A DNA stretch of 64,000 nucleotides, taken from contig JBBQQR010000004.1 of the NCBI GenBank assembly GCA_038215615.1, positions 64,001-128,000 on the forward strand, in the 5' to 3' direction. Origin of the DNA: Vulcanimicrobiales bacterium. Its GTDB lineage: Bacteria > Vulcanimicrobiota > Vulcanimicrobiia > Vulcanimicrobiales > Vulcanimicrobiaceae. Below, piece by piece: positions 18,712-28,972 of the stretch. The notes below the pieces were generated by a model, which was not told the origin of the DNA, ran no database searches, and saw nothing but the letters and a program-made list of their open reading frames with translations. A program made the translations under genes and the position numbers. Position 1 is the stretch's first letter. Every line of letters starts with the position of its first letter.

Positions 18712-20684
18712 GAGCGGGCTGACATACTCCGCCGGACCGTGAGCGCTCGCCTTGTGGATTTCTTGTGGAGAGCTAAAGCTTTAAATGCCTGCTCGATGGA
18801 GGCAACCGGAATCACTTCGATTCCCGCGAGCGTCCGATCGATTTCGCGCACGTTTTCCTTGGGCACGAGGATCGCGCGCATGCCCGCCTGTCGCGCCGCG
18901 TACAATTTCTCAATGATGCCCCCGACCGGACGAACCTTGCCTTGTATCGAGAGTTCGCCCGTCATCGCCACGTCTTGCGGAACCGGCGTCTTGCTTAACG
19001 CCGAGTACAGGGCGAGAAAAATTGCCAGGCCGGCCGATGGGCCATCGATATTTCCGCCGCCGATCACGTTTATGTGCAGATCGTAATTTGCCGTATCGAG
19101 TCCCGTAACGGCGCGCAAGACCGCAGCGGCGTTAAAGACGCTGTCTTTGGCCATCTTGCCGGCCGCATCGTTGAAGCGCACCGAGCCTTTTCCACGTGCG
19201 CCCGCGCTGAATGCCACGGCTTCGATCTCGATGATGCTGCCTAAATAGTGCAGTACGCCCAAACCGAACGTCTTTCCGATCTCGCGCGCCGCCCGTCCAC
19301 GCACCAAGGTGTGCGGGACCAGCCGCCCCGCCTGGACGACATTGCGCACGTGCTCTTCAGTAATCAGTACGTTCTCGGCGCGGCGCGGTTTGGGGGTCTT
19401 CGCAGGGGCTTTGGCGCGGTAGAGCGCCTCTCCGAAGGCATCGGCCACAATTTGCACCGCCTGACGCCCTTCAATCGTGTACGAGGCGATCAGTTGCGGT
19501 ACGCGGCGCTCGGCCTTCGCGCCCAGCCGCTTAATGGCGGCGCCGACGATCGAGACGATTTGCGACTGCGTCAGCGGTTCAAAGTAGACGGCGGCCGCGC
19601 GCGACCGGATGGCAGGATCGATATCGCCGGGCTCGCGCGTCGTCGCACCGATCAAGATGAAATCGGCCGGCGCGCCTTCCCGGAAAAGTTTTTTGATGTA
19701 CTCCGGCACGTTGGCCGAGCTCTCGTCATAATAGGAAGACTCGAACGTGACGCGCTTGTCCTCGAGCACTTTGAGCAGTTTCGTCTGGAGCAGCGCGTCC
19801 ATCTCGCCGATCTCGTCTATGAAGAGCACGCCTCCATGCGCGCGGGTCACCATGCCCAGCTTCGGTTCGGGAATGCCGCCGTCGGCGAATTCGCGCCGGC
19901 TGCCCTGGTAAATGGGATCGTGCACGCTTCCCAGCAGCGGGTTGGTCGTTTCGCGCGGATCCCAGCGCAGCGTCGTTCCGCTGGCCTCGATAAAGGGCGC
20001 GTCTTTGGCAAACGGCGTGTACGCGCGCGCCTTGGCCACCTCGAGCGCCAGCCGCGCGACGGTCGTCTTGCCGACGCCGGGCGGACCGTACAAGATGACG
20101 TGCTGCGGATAGGGCGATGAAATCTTGGCTAACAGCGAACGGATCGCAGCTTCTTGCCCGACGATTTCCTTGAATGACTGCGGGCGCAGCAATTGCAGCG
20201 CCGACGCCGCCAAACCGCGATCGTTGAGCTGCTGCAATTCTTGCAGTTTCTTCTGCGTCGCCGGTGTTTCCGGGCCTGAGTCTTCGCGCAGCGCTTCCAG
20301 TTTCAAATCTTTGAGGTAATCCTGGTGACGCTCGATCATCTTCGTGTTGATCTTGCGCTCGATCGAATCTTCAACGTTCTTCTGCGCGATCAAATCGGCG
20401 AGCTGCTCTTCGATTTCTCCTAAAGCCCGCCGGAAGCTGGGGCGACCCGTGACGCGCTCGATGGTCGGGTCTTCGAAGACCAGCCGCTGCAGCGCGCAGA
20501 TGCGGTCCGGCAGCGCGCCCGAGCGCATCATTTTCAGCGCGTTCATTTTACCCGCGCGCAGAACCAACTTGTCCGAGCCGATCGTGTTGGCGAGCACGTC
20601 GTAGAGCGCCGAAACGTAGCGGCCCATCTCGTCTTCGCTGCCGAATTTACGACGGAACCTTACTACGTAGGGACTGTCGCTCAC
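18708..20684 (-). CDS. lonC: Lon-family ATP-dependent protease (LonC/LonB type)
   Basis: YGPPGVGKT, FIDEIGE, DGPSAG (catalytic Ser) and EKLYAA (Lys); located between rplI and dnaB. Confidence 0.88.
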   Translation of the reverse strand: MSDSPYVVRFRRKFGSEDEMGRYVSALYDVLANTIGSDKLVLRAGKMNALKMMRSGALPDRICALQRLVFEDPTIERVTGRPSFRRALGEIEEQLADLIAQKNVEDSIERKINTKMIERHQDYLKDLKLEALREDSGPETPATQKKLQELQQLNDRGLAASALQLLRPQSFKEIVGQEAAIRSLLAKISSPYPQHVILYGPPGVGKTTVARLALEVAKARAYTPFAKDAPFIEASGTTLRWDPRETTNPLLGSVHDPIYQGSRREFADGGIPEPKLGMVTRAHGGVLFIDEIGEMDALLQTKLLKVLEDKRVTFESSYYDESSANVPEYIKKLFREGAPADFILIGATTREPGDIDPAIRSRAAAVYFEPLTQSQIVSIVGAAIKRLGAKAERRVPQLIASYTIEGRQAVQIVADAFGEALYRAKAPAKTPKPRRAENVLITEEHVRNVVQAGRLVPHTLVRGRAAREIGKTFGLGVLHYLGSIIEIEAVAFSAGARGKGSVRFNDAAGKMAKDSVFNAAAVLRAVTGLDTANYDLHINVIGGGNIDGPSAGLAIFLALYSALSKTPVPQDVAMTGELSIQGKVRPVGGIIEKLYAARQAGMRAILVPKENVREIDRTLAGIEVIPVASIEQAFKALALHKKSTRRALTVRRSMSARS

Positions 20685-21133
20685 GCCGGCTCCGCGACGA
20701 CGTCCAGTGTCGCTTTGGCAACGACGCTCCTTCCCAGTCGAATCTCGACCGGATAGGTGCCCACAGCTTTGATGGCCGCCTTCATTTCAATTTTGTGTTT
20801 GTCGACCGGCGCCGAAAACGTTTGCGTGAAGGCTCGTGCGACGTCCGCGGTGGTTACCGCACCGAAGAGCCTCCCGCTTTCGCCGGCCTTGGCACGCACG
20901 ACGACCGGCTTACTTTCCAACAGGGCCGCCAGTTCCCGAGTTTCGGCCAGGGACTCGGCCTCGCGCTTGTCGTGCGCTTTCTTCTGCTCGTCGAGCACCG
21001 TCAAAGCGCCCTTGCTGGCTTCGGTCGCCAGTTTGCGGGGCAGCAAGAAATTCCGCGCGTAGCCCTCGGCGACGTCGACGACTTGGCCTTTTTTGCCGAG
21101 CGGCTTCACGTCGCTCAGCAAGATCAGGCGCAC
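20681..21133 (-). CDS. rplI: 50S ribosomal protein L9
   Basis: LGKKG..V.VAEGYARNFLLP and GRLFGAVT motifs. Confidence 0.97.
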   Translation of the reverse strand: MRLILLSDVKPLGKKGQVVDVAEGYARNFLLPRKLATEASKGALTVLDEQKKAHDKREAESLAETRELAALLESKPVVVRAKAGESGRLFGAVTTADVARAFTQTFSAPVDKHKIEMKAAIKAVGTYPVEIRLGRSVVAKATLDVVAEPA

Positions 21134-21137
21134 GGAC

Positions 21138-21395
21138 CTACTCGGTGACGAACGGTAAAAAGGCGATAATACGCGCGCGCTTCACCGCGACGGTCAAGAG
21201 CCGCTGATGTTTGGCGCAGTTTCCCGAGATGCGGCGCGGCAAAATCTTGCCACGTTCGGAGACGTATTTCCTCAAGCGCATGACGTCTTTATAATTGATG
21301 TCGATCGTGCGCTCGGTGCAGAACGTGCACGGCTTCTTTTTTACGCGACGGTCTTTGACCACGCGTTTGGTCTTCAGTTTGGTTTTGGGGGGCAT
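21138..21395 (-). CDS. rpsR: 30S ribosomal protein S18 (Zn-binding form)
   Basis: CTFC, INYKD and [17 protein letters not shown] motifs. Confidence 0.97.
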   Translation of the reverse strand: MPPKTKLKTKRVVKDRRVKKKPCTFCTERTIDINYKDVMRLRKYVSERGKILPRRISGNCAKHQRLLTVAVKRARIIAFLPFVTE

Positions 21396-21480
21396 TCGAG
21401 TTTCCTTTGCTAGGTGGATAGCGCCCCCGGACGCGCCGGAGGCCTAGCGAAGTGACGCAGCGCGCCACTGCCTTGGGCGG

Positions 21481-21765
21481 TTAAATCCGGCGCGGTTCTC
21501 CCGCCCGGTAGCGATAGACGATGCGCCCCTTCGTGAGGTCGTAGGGCGAAATCTCGAGCTCGACCCGGTCCCCAGGCAGAATTCTGATGCGGTGGCGGCG
21601 CAGACGGCCGGCAACGTGGGCCAGGACCGTGTGCGAGTTCTCCAGCTCAACGGAGAAGCTGGCGCTGGGGAAAACTTGCACGATCGTGCCGAAAACCTCA
21701 AGGGGCGCCTCTTTGGTGGCGCTGGGCTTGCGGCGCTCGAGCGGTTGCTTGGAGCCTCGTCTCAA
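21481..21765 (-). CDS. infA: translation initiation factor IF-1 with basic N-terminal extension
   Basis: [18 protein letters not shown]...[26 protein letters not shown]. Confidence 0.92.
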   Translation of the reverse strand: MRRGSKQPLERRKPSATKEAPLEVFGTIVQVFPSASFSVELENSHTVLAHVAGRLRRHRIRILPGDRVELEISPYDLTKGRIVYRYRAGEPRRI

Positions 21766-21991
21766 CTGCTATGGTCCTTCGTGGGAGAGGTGCGGGGGCG
21801 ACCGGAGGTGGTTCGAGGCCCCCTGGGGGGTCACCCTGGCCGATCCGGCCACCTAGTGAAACCTTCGCCGATGGCGAAGCGTTGCAGGAGGGTTATCAGG
21901 CTTCGAAGTCCGCATGGTCTACGTTCCAAGTACTAGCGAGTCGGATCCAGAGAATAACTCACAACTAAAAACTAGGAGACTCGTTAGATAT

Positions 21992-22309
21992 ATGTATACC
22001 GATGAAACGCTGACCTGTGTGGATTGTGGACGTCAGTTCACGTTCACGACCGGCGAACAAGAATTCTTCGCCAGCAAAGGCTTCACCAACAAACCCAGTC
22101 GTTGCACCGATTGCCGTGCAGCCCGCAAGTCGGGCCGTTCGGGCGGCGGCAGCGGTGGCGGCGGCGGTGAAGGCTACGGCCGTCAGCGCGAAATGTTCAC
22201 TGCGACGTGCAGCCAATGCGGCGGCGTAGCGGAAGTTCCGTTCCAACCGCGTGGCGACAAGCCCGTGTATTGCCGCGACTGCTTCGCGCAACGCCCCAGC
22301 TACCGATAA
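21992..22309 (+). CDS. double zinc-ribbon protein with CxxC-x17-CxxC domain
   Basis: CVDCG..FTFTTGEQEFF..KGF...PSRCTDCR; CSQCG...VPFQP...PVYCRDC; AGGAG RBS. Confidence 0.9.
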   Translation: MYTDETLTCVDCGRQFTFTTGEQEFFASKGFTNKPSRCTDCRAARKSGRSGGGSGGGGGEGYGRQREMFTATCSQCGGVAEVPFQPRGDKPVYCRDCFAQRPSYR

Positions 22310-22362
22310 AGTAAGCCTCTCCCGTAGAGGGAGAGAGACTCGCTAACATAAAGGGCCGCCTC

Positions 22363-25020
22363 GTGCGGTCCTTTATCGTAGCCGCGGGGCTTATCGCTGC
22401 CGTGCTTTTTGGCGCACGGCCCGCGCTCCAAGCGCTCGAGCGTTCGAGCGATCGCAATCCCTGCGGACGCGCGCTCCCGGTTCCATCCGCTTTGCGTTTG
22501 CCGGCGACCGTTCCATCAGGCGAGCCGGTCGCGCTGGAGCACACGCTGCTCGATTACTTGAGCTCGTACCGCTACCGCGATTTGGGATGGTGCGTTGATA
22601 AGAGCTTGCGCGACACCGGTCCCTACATCCACGGCATTGCCTACGGCGTGCATCCGACCGTCCGGATCTATTACTCGCCCGAAGTCATGCAGTGGCTTCA
22701 CAACGGGCAGCGCGGCATGCCGGCCGACGGCGCCGTGATCATCAAAGAACAATACGAGATGCCCAAACCGGCTGCGGCGTTCGCCGGAGAAACCGGCGCG
22801 CAGCTCCGGCCGACGGATTGGACGATCATGATCCGTCGCGCGTCGGCGTCGCGCGACGGCTGGTTCTGGGCAGAAGTTTATCAAGGCATGTTCGCCGCTC
22901 AAAATGCGGCGCAGACGCAATATCCGAGCGCGGGATTCGGCATCTACTGTTTGCGCTGCCATGCTTCAGCCGCAAAAGCGCTTACGTTCGTTTCGCTGGA
23001 AAATATCGCGGGGTATCCCGGTACACCGCTTCACTACTTCATCGACAATTCGTGGCGCGTGAAAAAACCGCCGCCGCCGCAAGCCGCCGCCGCTTCACAG
23101 CCCGCTCCGTCCCCTTCGCAAGCACCACTCGCGGTTCAAACTTTCCCGCCCGAATCGGTCGACACGTATCTTGCAAAAGCGCACGGCGCGCACGTTTTCG
23201 TAACCTCCGACCAGTGCATGGGATGCCACAGCGCCGCCCCCGGCCTTCCGCGTGGCCCGCTGGCTTGGGTGCGTGGATTCAACGTTTCCGCATACGGCGA
23301 ATGGCGGTGGTCGCCGATGGCGCTGGCCGGGCGCGACCCGGTCTTTTATGCTCAGTTCGAATCCGAGCTCGCGTATCTGAATACGATGAAAGACCCGCAC
23401 GCGCGCAACGCGCTGCGCGGACAGATAACCGCCATCTGCTCAACCTGCCATGGCGTGATGGCCAAACGCGCCCTCGCGCTCGATCATCCGCATCTGACGT
23501 TCACGCCGCAGATGGTTTTCGACGCCGACCCTTCGCATTGGAGTTACCATTACGGCGGTCTGGCGCGCGACGGCATCAGCTGCGCGGTCTGCCATCATAT
23601 CGTGCAGACGAAGACGCCGGCCGGCCAGACGCCCCTCGCTTTTTTCTTGGATCATAAGATTAACGGCGAATACGATCTGGGCGCGCCTGACAAAATATAC
23701 GGCCCGTTCAAAAACAACGAGATCGTCACACACCCCATGAACGAGGCGCTAGGCGCCAAGCCGCACTATTCACCTTACGTTACGTCGTCACGACTCTGCG
23801 GAAGCTGCCACACGATCAATTTGCCCGTCGTCGATGCTCCGCCCGTCGCCGCCGTTCCCAAAGAACACAGCGTCGAGCAAGCCACCTATGTCGAATGGCT
23901 CAACAGCCGCTTCCAAAACGAATACGGCGCGCTGCCCGGCGCGAAATCGTGTCAGGATTGCCATATGCCGGCGGGCATTCACGACGACGCCCGCGGAGTC
24001 GCGCTGACCCACATCGCGACGAAGATGGCGCTCATCGAGGACACGAGCTATCCCGCCACGACCGGCGCCGCGCCCCACGCCGATCTCAACGTGCGGTTTC
24101 GCAAGACCGGCTTCCGCCGTCACGAGCTGCTAGGACTCAACGCTTTTCTACTCTCGCTCTTCAAACAGTATCCCGATGTCCTAGGCGTGCGGCTCAACGA
24201 TTACATGAGCGGCTCCTCGACCGGCCTCGACGATGCAATCGCGCACGTCATGCAGCAGGCGCGCACCGCGACCGCAAAAGTCTACGTGCGAACGAGCGTT
24301 ACAGGCCGGAAACTGATCGCCGACGTGGAGGTCGTCAATCTGACCGGCCACCGTTTTCCGAGCGGCGTTGGGTTCAGGCGGGCATTTCTCGATGTCGAAG
24401 TGCGCGACGGAGCAACTCCGTTCTTCGTTTCGGGCCGACCCGACGCCAAGGGCCGCATTTTAGGGCCGGGCGGCCGCGTACTCCTCAGTGAATTCTTTAG
24501 CGCCGGTCGGGACGGCCGCCAGCAATACCAAGATCACTTTGACGAAGCGAACCCGATCACGCGACCCGATCAGGTACAAATATTCGAAGAGCTGACTCGC
24601 GATCACAGCGGACATTTTACGACGTCGTTCATCCGTCGCGACCAGGACGTCAAGGATAACCGTTTGCTGCCGCAAGGCTGGTCGAAGACCGGGCCAACGC
24701 CGACATTGCCCGAGTATTTTCTGCGGGCGACGTACCCGCACGGCCGCGCCGCAAGCGACCCGCGTTATCAGGACGGAATGGGCCATGCGATCGTGCGGTA
24801 CGTCGTGATGCTGCCGCCGTCCGTGGATCCGCGGCGCGTGCGTGTCGATGCGACCCTCTACTATCAGTCCTGGGAGCCGTTCTTCATCGCCGAGCGCTCG
24901 AGCGGCACCGGAACGGCGGCGCAGCGTTTCGCCGCGCTTGTCAATCGCTTAGATCTCGCGAAAACGGCGCTCGCGGGCTGGAAGATCAAGATTGCGGCAG
25001 GCTCGGGTCGCGCGAAGTGA
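22363..25020 (+). CDS. secreted multiheme cytochrome c with N-terminal cytochrome P460-like domain
   Basis: Signal peptide; six CxxCH motifs (CLRCH, CMGCH, CSTCH, CAVCH, CGSCH, CQDCH); DGAVIIKEQY...WTIMIR...DGWFW P460-like pattern. Confidence 0.8.
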   Translation: MRSFIVAAGLIAAVLFGARPALQALERSSDRNPCGRALPVPSALRLPATVPSGEPVALEHTLLDYLSSYRYRDLGWCVDKSLRDTGPYIHGIAYGVHPTVRIYYSPEVMQWLHNGQRGMPADGAVIIKEQYEMPKPAAAFAGETGAQLRPTDWTIMIRRASASRDGWFWAEVYQGMFAAQNAAQTQYPSAGFGIYCLRCHASAAKALTFVSLENIAGYPGTPLHYFIDNSWRVKKPPPPQAAAASQPAPSPSQAPLAVQTFPPESVDTYLAKAHGAHVFVTSDQCMGCHSAAPGLPRGPLAWVRGFNVSAYGEWRWSPMALAGRDPVFYAQFESELAYLNTMKDPHARNALRGQITAICSTCHGVMAKRALALDHPHLTFTPQMVFDADPSHWSYHYGGLARDGISCAVCHHIVQTKTPAGQTPLAFFLDHKINGEYDLGAPDKIYGPFKNNEIVTHPMNEALGAKPHYSPYVTSSRLCGSCHTINLPVVDAPPVAAVPKEHSVEQATYVEWLNSRFQNEYGALPGAKSCQDCHMPAGIHDDARGVALTHIATKMALIEDTSYPATTGAAPHADLNVRFRKTGFRRHELLGLNAFLLSLFKQYPDVLGVRLNDYMSGSSTGLDDAIAHVMQQARTATAKVYVRTSVTGRKLIADVEVVNLTGHRFPSGVGFRRAFLDVEVRDGATPFFVSGRPDAKGRILGPGGRVLLSEFFSAGRDGRQQYQDHFDEANPITRPDQVQIFEELTRDHSGHFTTSFIRRDQDVKDNRLLPQGWSKTGPTPTLPEYFLRATYPHGRAASDPRYQDGMGHAIVRYVVMLPPSVDPRRVRVDATLYYQSWEPFFIAERSSGTGTAAQRFAALVNRLDLAKTALAGWKIKIAAGSGRAK

Positions 25021-26524
25021 GCGCGATCATGATCGCGATGGCGACCGCAACCGATAGCGCTGCGCAGACGAGCAGCGCGTCGTGCATGGCGTGAACGAAC
25101 GACTTGTGCACGAGGGCTGTAAACTTGCTCGCGACAGCGAGCAGATCGCCGTGCACAACGGCGCGCGTCGTTTGCGCGATCGCCCGCTGAGAAGCGTGCA
25201 GCTTGTTCATGCGCTCGGCGATCCGGCTGCTCATGCCCGCCGCAAGCAACGAACCTAGCACGGCTATCCCGAACACGCCGCAAATCGAGCGCCCGAAGGC
25301 CAGCGTTCCGGAAGCGAACCCCTCATCCGGCGCGTCGATGACCGCTAAGCCCACCGCCGAGGCGGGTGTGCAGATGATGCCCCAGCCCAGTCCCGCCAGG
25401 GCGAGGGCAGCCGCCACCTCCCACGGCGGCGTGCTTTGTACGGCCGTGGCGAGCCAGACGATGCCGGAAATAGAACACACGAAACTGAGCACGATATTCC
25501 ATGGCAATCCGAGTTTTTGTCGCAGCGCATTGCTGAAAACATTCGCCAGAAAGTACGCGGCGTTGCACGGTATCAAACACAGCCCCGCCGCAATTTCGGA
25601 GAGTCCCTGAATATCTTGCATGAAAAGCGAGATGAGCAGCATGACGCCGTACCATGCAAAGTTCACGAGGCCCAGCAACAGCACGGCAACGTTGAAAGCG
25701 CGCAGCTTGAAATAGTGCAGGTGAATCATGGGCCACTTTGCGTACCGTTCGACGGCAAGAAAAAGCGCAAAGCCGACTCCGGCAATCCCAAAGGCGGTCA
25801 GAATGACGGGCGAGGTCCAGCCGCTAGAGTTCCCTTCGATCATCGCATAACTGATCGCGACGATGGCGCCAATGCTGAGCAACTGCCCCCACAAGTCGCT
25901 CCCCGTTTTTAAGTGCGGCGTATTTTCGGTCGCGAAAAACAGACTCGCGATGACGATCAGGCCGAGCGCAGCGGAAAGATAGAATATTGCCGGCCACGCA
26001 ATCCATTGCACGAGAGCTCCGCCGGCGAGTGGCGCGACGCCCGCCGCCAGCGCGGCCACCGTCGAATATAGCGCGATCGTCGAATCTCTCGCCCGGGCGC
26101 CTGGCGCAGTCTCCAGCAGCAAGGCCAGCGGTAGCGAGAGCAGCGCCGCGCCGCCGATTCCCTGGGCGGCGCGAGCAACGATGAGTTCGACCGGATCGCG
26201 GGAAAGCGCGCAAGCGATCGACGCAAGCACGAACAGTCCCACGCTCAAGCCCAACGTTTTCTTACGTCCCAACTGATCGCCGATCGTGCCGGCTGCCAGC
26301 GTGAAGCTTCCCTCCATTAGCGGATAGATGCTGACGATCCACTGTTGATCGCTAATGCCCGCGTGCAACGACTGGCGCATCGCAGGCAGTGCTAAGTAAA
26401 CGATGCTCACGTTGAGCACCGAGACAAAGGCCGCCAAATAGAGACCGCATCGCGCGAACGGCGTGCGCCAATCGATCGCAGCGGCTCGCACGGCGAACCG
26501 CGGGCGGACAGGTACTACATGCAA
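24986..26524 (-). CDS. MFS drug-resistance transporter (DHA2/EmrB-like)
   Basis: About 14 hydrophobic segments; GTIGDQLGRKK and LIVARAAQGIGGA motifs; start uncertain. Confidence 0.85.
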   Translation of the reverse strand: MHVVPVRPRFAVRAAAIDWRTPFARCGLYLAAFVSVLNVSIVYLALPAMRQSLHAGISDQQWIVSIYPLMEGSFTLAAGTIGDQLGRKKTLGLSVGLFVLASIACALSRDPVELIVARAAQGIGGAALLSLPLALLLETAPGARARDSTIALYSTVAALAAGVAPLAGGALVQWIAWPAIFYLSAALGLIVIASLFFATENTPHLKTGSDLWGQLLSIGAIVAISYAMIEGNSSGWTSPVILTAFGIAGVGFALFLAVERYAKWPMIHLHYFKLRAFNVAVLLLGLVNFAWYGVMLLISLFMQDIQGLSEIAAGLCLIPCNAAYFLANVFSNALRQKLGLPWNIVLSFVCSISGIVWLATAVQSTPPWEVAAALALAGLGWGIICTPASAVGLAVIDAPDEGFASGTLAFGRSICGVFGIAVLGSLLAAGMSSRIAERMNKLHASQRAIAQTTRAVVHGDLLAVASKFTALVHKSFVHAMHDALLVCAALSVAVAIAIMIALTSRDPSLPQS

Positions 26525-26525
26525 G

Positions 26526-27662
26526 CTAGGCGGGGGCGGTGGATGAGAGCGCGCACTTGTTCATGCCGACTTCGAGCTCTTCGGCACGCTCGGCGGAAAT
26601 GGGCGCCCCAAGATTGATCTTTCTTATCTCGGCATAAGCCGCAGGCTGACTAGAATGAGAGACTCGCTCTTCTACGCTCTCCACGAACGCATCGCGATCG
26701 GTGATCGCGGCGCCCGCCAGCAGCGTCCCCAGCCGCCGTTCACAAGCACCGCGTGCATCGAATTGCGCCGCCGAAGCGGCGTGCGCAGGCAACACTGTCG
26801 TCTGCGGATCGAGTTTTCCGAGCACGCCGGAAAGCGACTCGTAGAGATGCTGCGTCCATTCGCGCGCTTTGTTTCCGAGATCCGGCCTGCCGACGCCCTC
26901 GGGCAGCAGCGTGTCGCCGCTGATCAAATAGCGATCGTTCACGAGCAGCGCCGTGCTTCCCAGCGTATGTCCGGGAACGGGAAGCGTCAGCGCCACAATC
27001 TTCGCGCTGCCGATCTCGAACTGCTTAGGCATTGAGTCGCGTTTGAGCGAACTGCCCTGCGCGTCTTCATCGGCCAAATGATAACCGCCGCCCGCATCGC
27101 GTGAAAGCGCCGGGCTTCCCGAAAGATGGTCGGCGTGCAAATGCGTATCGGCGGTGGCACCGATGCGCAGCCCGCTCCGTTCGGCGAAATCGCTGTAGAC
27201 GTCGCCGTAACGGGTTGCGTCGACGACGAGCGCCTCTCCGTCAGACGCGACGATGTACGAAAGACAACCCTTGGCGGGACGCACGACTTGGTAGAGAGCA
27301 AAGGCGTCGCCGGGTTGATTCAAGCGAACGACCCGGTGGTGCGCGGCCCATGCCAGCATGCCGCCGTCTACGTTGATCGCATTGAGGCCGCGCTCGCGCA
27401 ACACGCCGGTGACATATTGCGACGATCGCCCGCGGGCGCAAATAACGTAGATGGACTCGGCGGCGGGCAGGCGCGCGAGCGCGCCTTCTTCGTCTTGGGC
27501 GAATTCAGAATACGAAACGTTCGCGAACGTGGGAATCCCCGGGCCCTCGGGATGCCATTGCACCGAATCCTCCGCATCGCGCGCGTCCAGCAGCACCGCA
27601 CCGGGATCCGCCGTGCCTTGCAGCAGCCGGTCGAAGTGCGCAATGTCCACGGAATGCTTCAT
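26526..27662 (-). CDS. rhodanese + metallo-beta-lactamase fusion (persulfide dioxygenase/sulfurtransferase-like)
   Basis: LLDAR...VICARGRSS...GGMLAW rhodanese; THLHADH, PGHT, SGDTL and GRPDL MBL motifs. Confidence 0.85.
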   Translation of the reverse strand: MKHSVDIAHFDRLLQGTADPGAVLLDARDAEDSVQWHPEGPGIPTFANVSYSEFAQDEEGALARLPAAESIYVICARGRSSQYVTGVLRERGLNAINVDGGMLAWAAHHRVVRLNQPGDAFALYQVVRPAKGCLSYIVASDGEALVVDATRYGDVYSDFAERSGLRIGATADTHLHADHLSGSPALSRDAGGGYHLADEDAQGSSLKRDSMPKQFEIGSAKIVALTLPVPGHTLGSTALLVNDRYLISGDTLLPEGVGRPDLGNKAREWTQHLYESLSGVLGKLDPQTTVLPAHAASAAQFDARGACERRLGTLLAGAAITDRDAFVESVEERVSHSSQPAAYAEIRKINLGAPISAERAEELEVGMNKCALSSTAPA

Positions 27663-27671
27663 GCACTGCTC

Positions 27672-28154
27672 CTAGTGGTGAAATGCGACGAGCGCGGGTT
27701 TGGTGATCATCAAGACCAGCGCCAGCAGCGGAGCGAGCAGGGCAACCGTCCCCCAAACTTCCCAGCGGCGCGACAGTTTCCGGTAAGCTTCGCTTGTAAG
27801 CGACGTACCGGCCGACGCGAGCTCGGCAAGCTCGCGCTGGGCGCGCGAAACCGGCCCGAAGGCCACGCCGGCGATTGCGAAGAGCACCAGCGACCACAGA
27901 ATCCAGCCGGTGCCCAGAATCGTCCACCCGCTTATCGAGGCCGCGCCGAAGCCGGCGATCAGAATCACGATGATCGACGGAATCGTGATCAGGCGGTCGC
28001 TCAGTATGATTCCGCGCAAGGTGTGCGCGGCAATATCAGGGCGGCCGCTCCGGTCGGCGATCGCTTTCCAGAATAATCCGGTCGCGATATTGCCGAGAAA
28101 TGCGACCACCGCAAGAACATGGACGAGCTTTAACAACAAATAAGCGTTATACAT
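27672..28154 (-). CDS. DUF2269-like membrane protein
   Basis: LKLVHVLAVV.FLG start and LMITKP end; 4 TM segments. Confidence 0.75.
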   Translation of the reverse strand: MYNAYLLLKLVHVLAVVAFLGNIATGLFWKAIADRSGRPDIAAHTLRGIILSDRLITIPSIIVILIAGFGAASISGWTILGTGWILWSLVLFAIAGVAFGPVSRAQRELAELASAGTSLTSEAYRKLSRRWEVWGTVALLAPLLALVLMITKPALVAFHH

Positions 28155-28240
28155 CGATCACGGCTCCGGAAGGTCTTTCGGCACGCTCTTGGGCAAGATT
28201 GAAGTCCCAGCCTTTTTCTCCAAGGAGGCCACAGACAGCG

Positions 28241-28507
28241 ATGGATCAGTCACGTAAGGACATATCACGCAGCGAGGCGCTCAAAGCGCTCGTCGTGCTT
28301 CCGGCCCTGGCCGGACTGCTCGCGGCCGGTTCGTTTTCGAGCGCCGACGCAGCCGATAACAAGAAGCAATTCAAGTATCAAGACAAACCCGGGACTCACG
28401 GTCAGAAGTGTTCGGGCTGCCGCTTCTTCAAGAAGCCGAACGGCTGCTCGATCGTGCACGGAAAGATTAGTCCAAACGGCTGGTGCATCGCCTGGGCTAA
28501 ACGCTAG
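28241..28507 (+). CDS. high-potential iron-sulfur protein (HiPIP)
   Basis: YQDKP...CSGCRFF....CSIVHGKISPNGWCIAW; AAGGAGG RBS. Confidence 0.9.
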   Translation: MDQSRKDISRSEALKALVVLPALAGLLAAGSFSSADAADNKKQFKYQDKPGTHGQKCSGCRFFKKPNGCSIVHGKISPNGWCIAWAKR

Positions 28508-28923
28508 TCCTTGCAGAGCTCCGGAGCTTTATAGACCTTGGGCTCCCAGCCCGGCGTCTTAGGCTTCGTATCCAAAAACTGAATATCTAACAAGACCGCA
28601 CCCTTTGGTCCGGAGGTGACGTCGTGATAGGTTTCCGCGGGAATCACGATCGCGCGGTTGCCCGAGAGCACCGTTTTGCGTCCGTTGGTGTTATCGGTGG
28701 CCGACCCCGAGAGCAGGTACATAATCTCGCCGAATTCGTGGCGATGTCTCACGGCGGCGAACGTAGGCGCATACTTTTGCTTCAGCACGCGGAACGTTAC
28801 ACCGGGAGCGCTGGGGAGGCTCTGGCGGTGCGCCAGGGTGACGCACGAAAAGCCGGCGTACGGGTTTGCCGCCGGCGTTGCTGCGACGAGCACCGCGAAA
28901 AGCGTCAGGAAAGCGAAAGGCAC
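28504..28923 (-). CDS. secreted cupin-domain protein
   Basis: HRHEFGEIMYLLSG and IPAETYHDV motifs; GTG start after CGGAGG. Confidence 0.7.
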   Translation of the reverse strand: MPFAFLTLFAVLVAATPAANPYAGFSCVTLAHRQSLPSAPGVTFRVLKQKYAPTFAAVRHRHEFGEIMYLLSGSATDNTNGRKTVLSGNRAIVIPAETYHDVTSGPKGAVLLDIQFLDTKPKTPGWEPKVYKAPELCKD

Positions 28924-28972
28924 GAAACACCTCCGAAAGAAAAGGGATGACGCCCGCAATAAGGAGTGAGCG

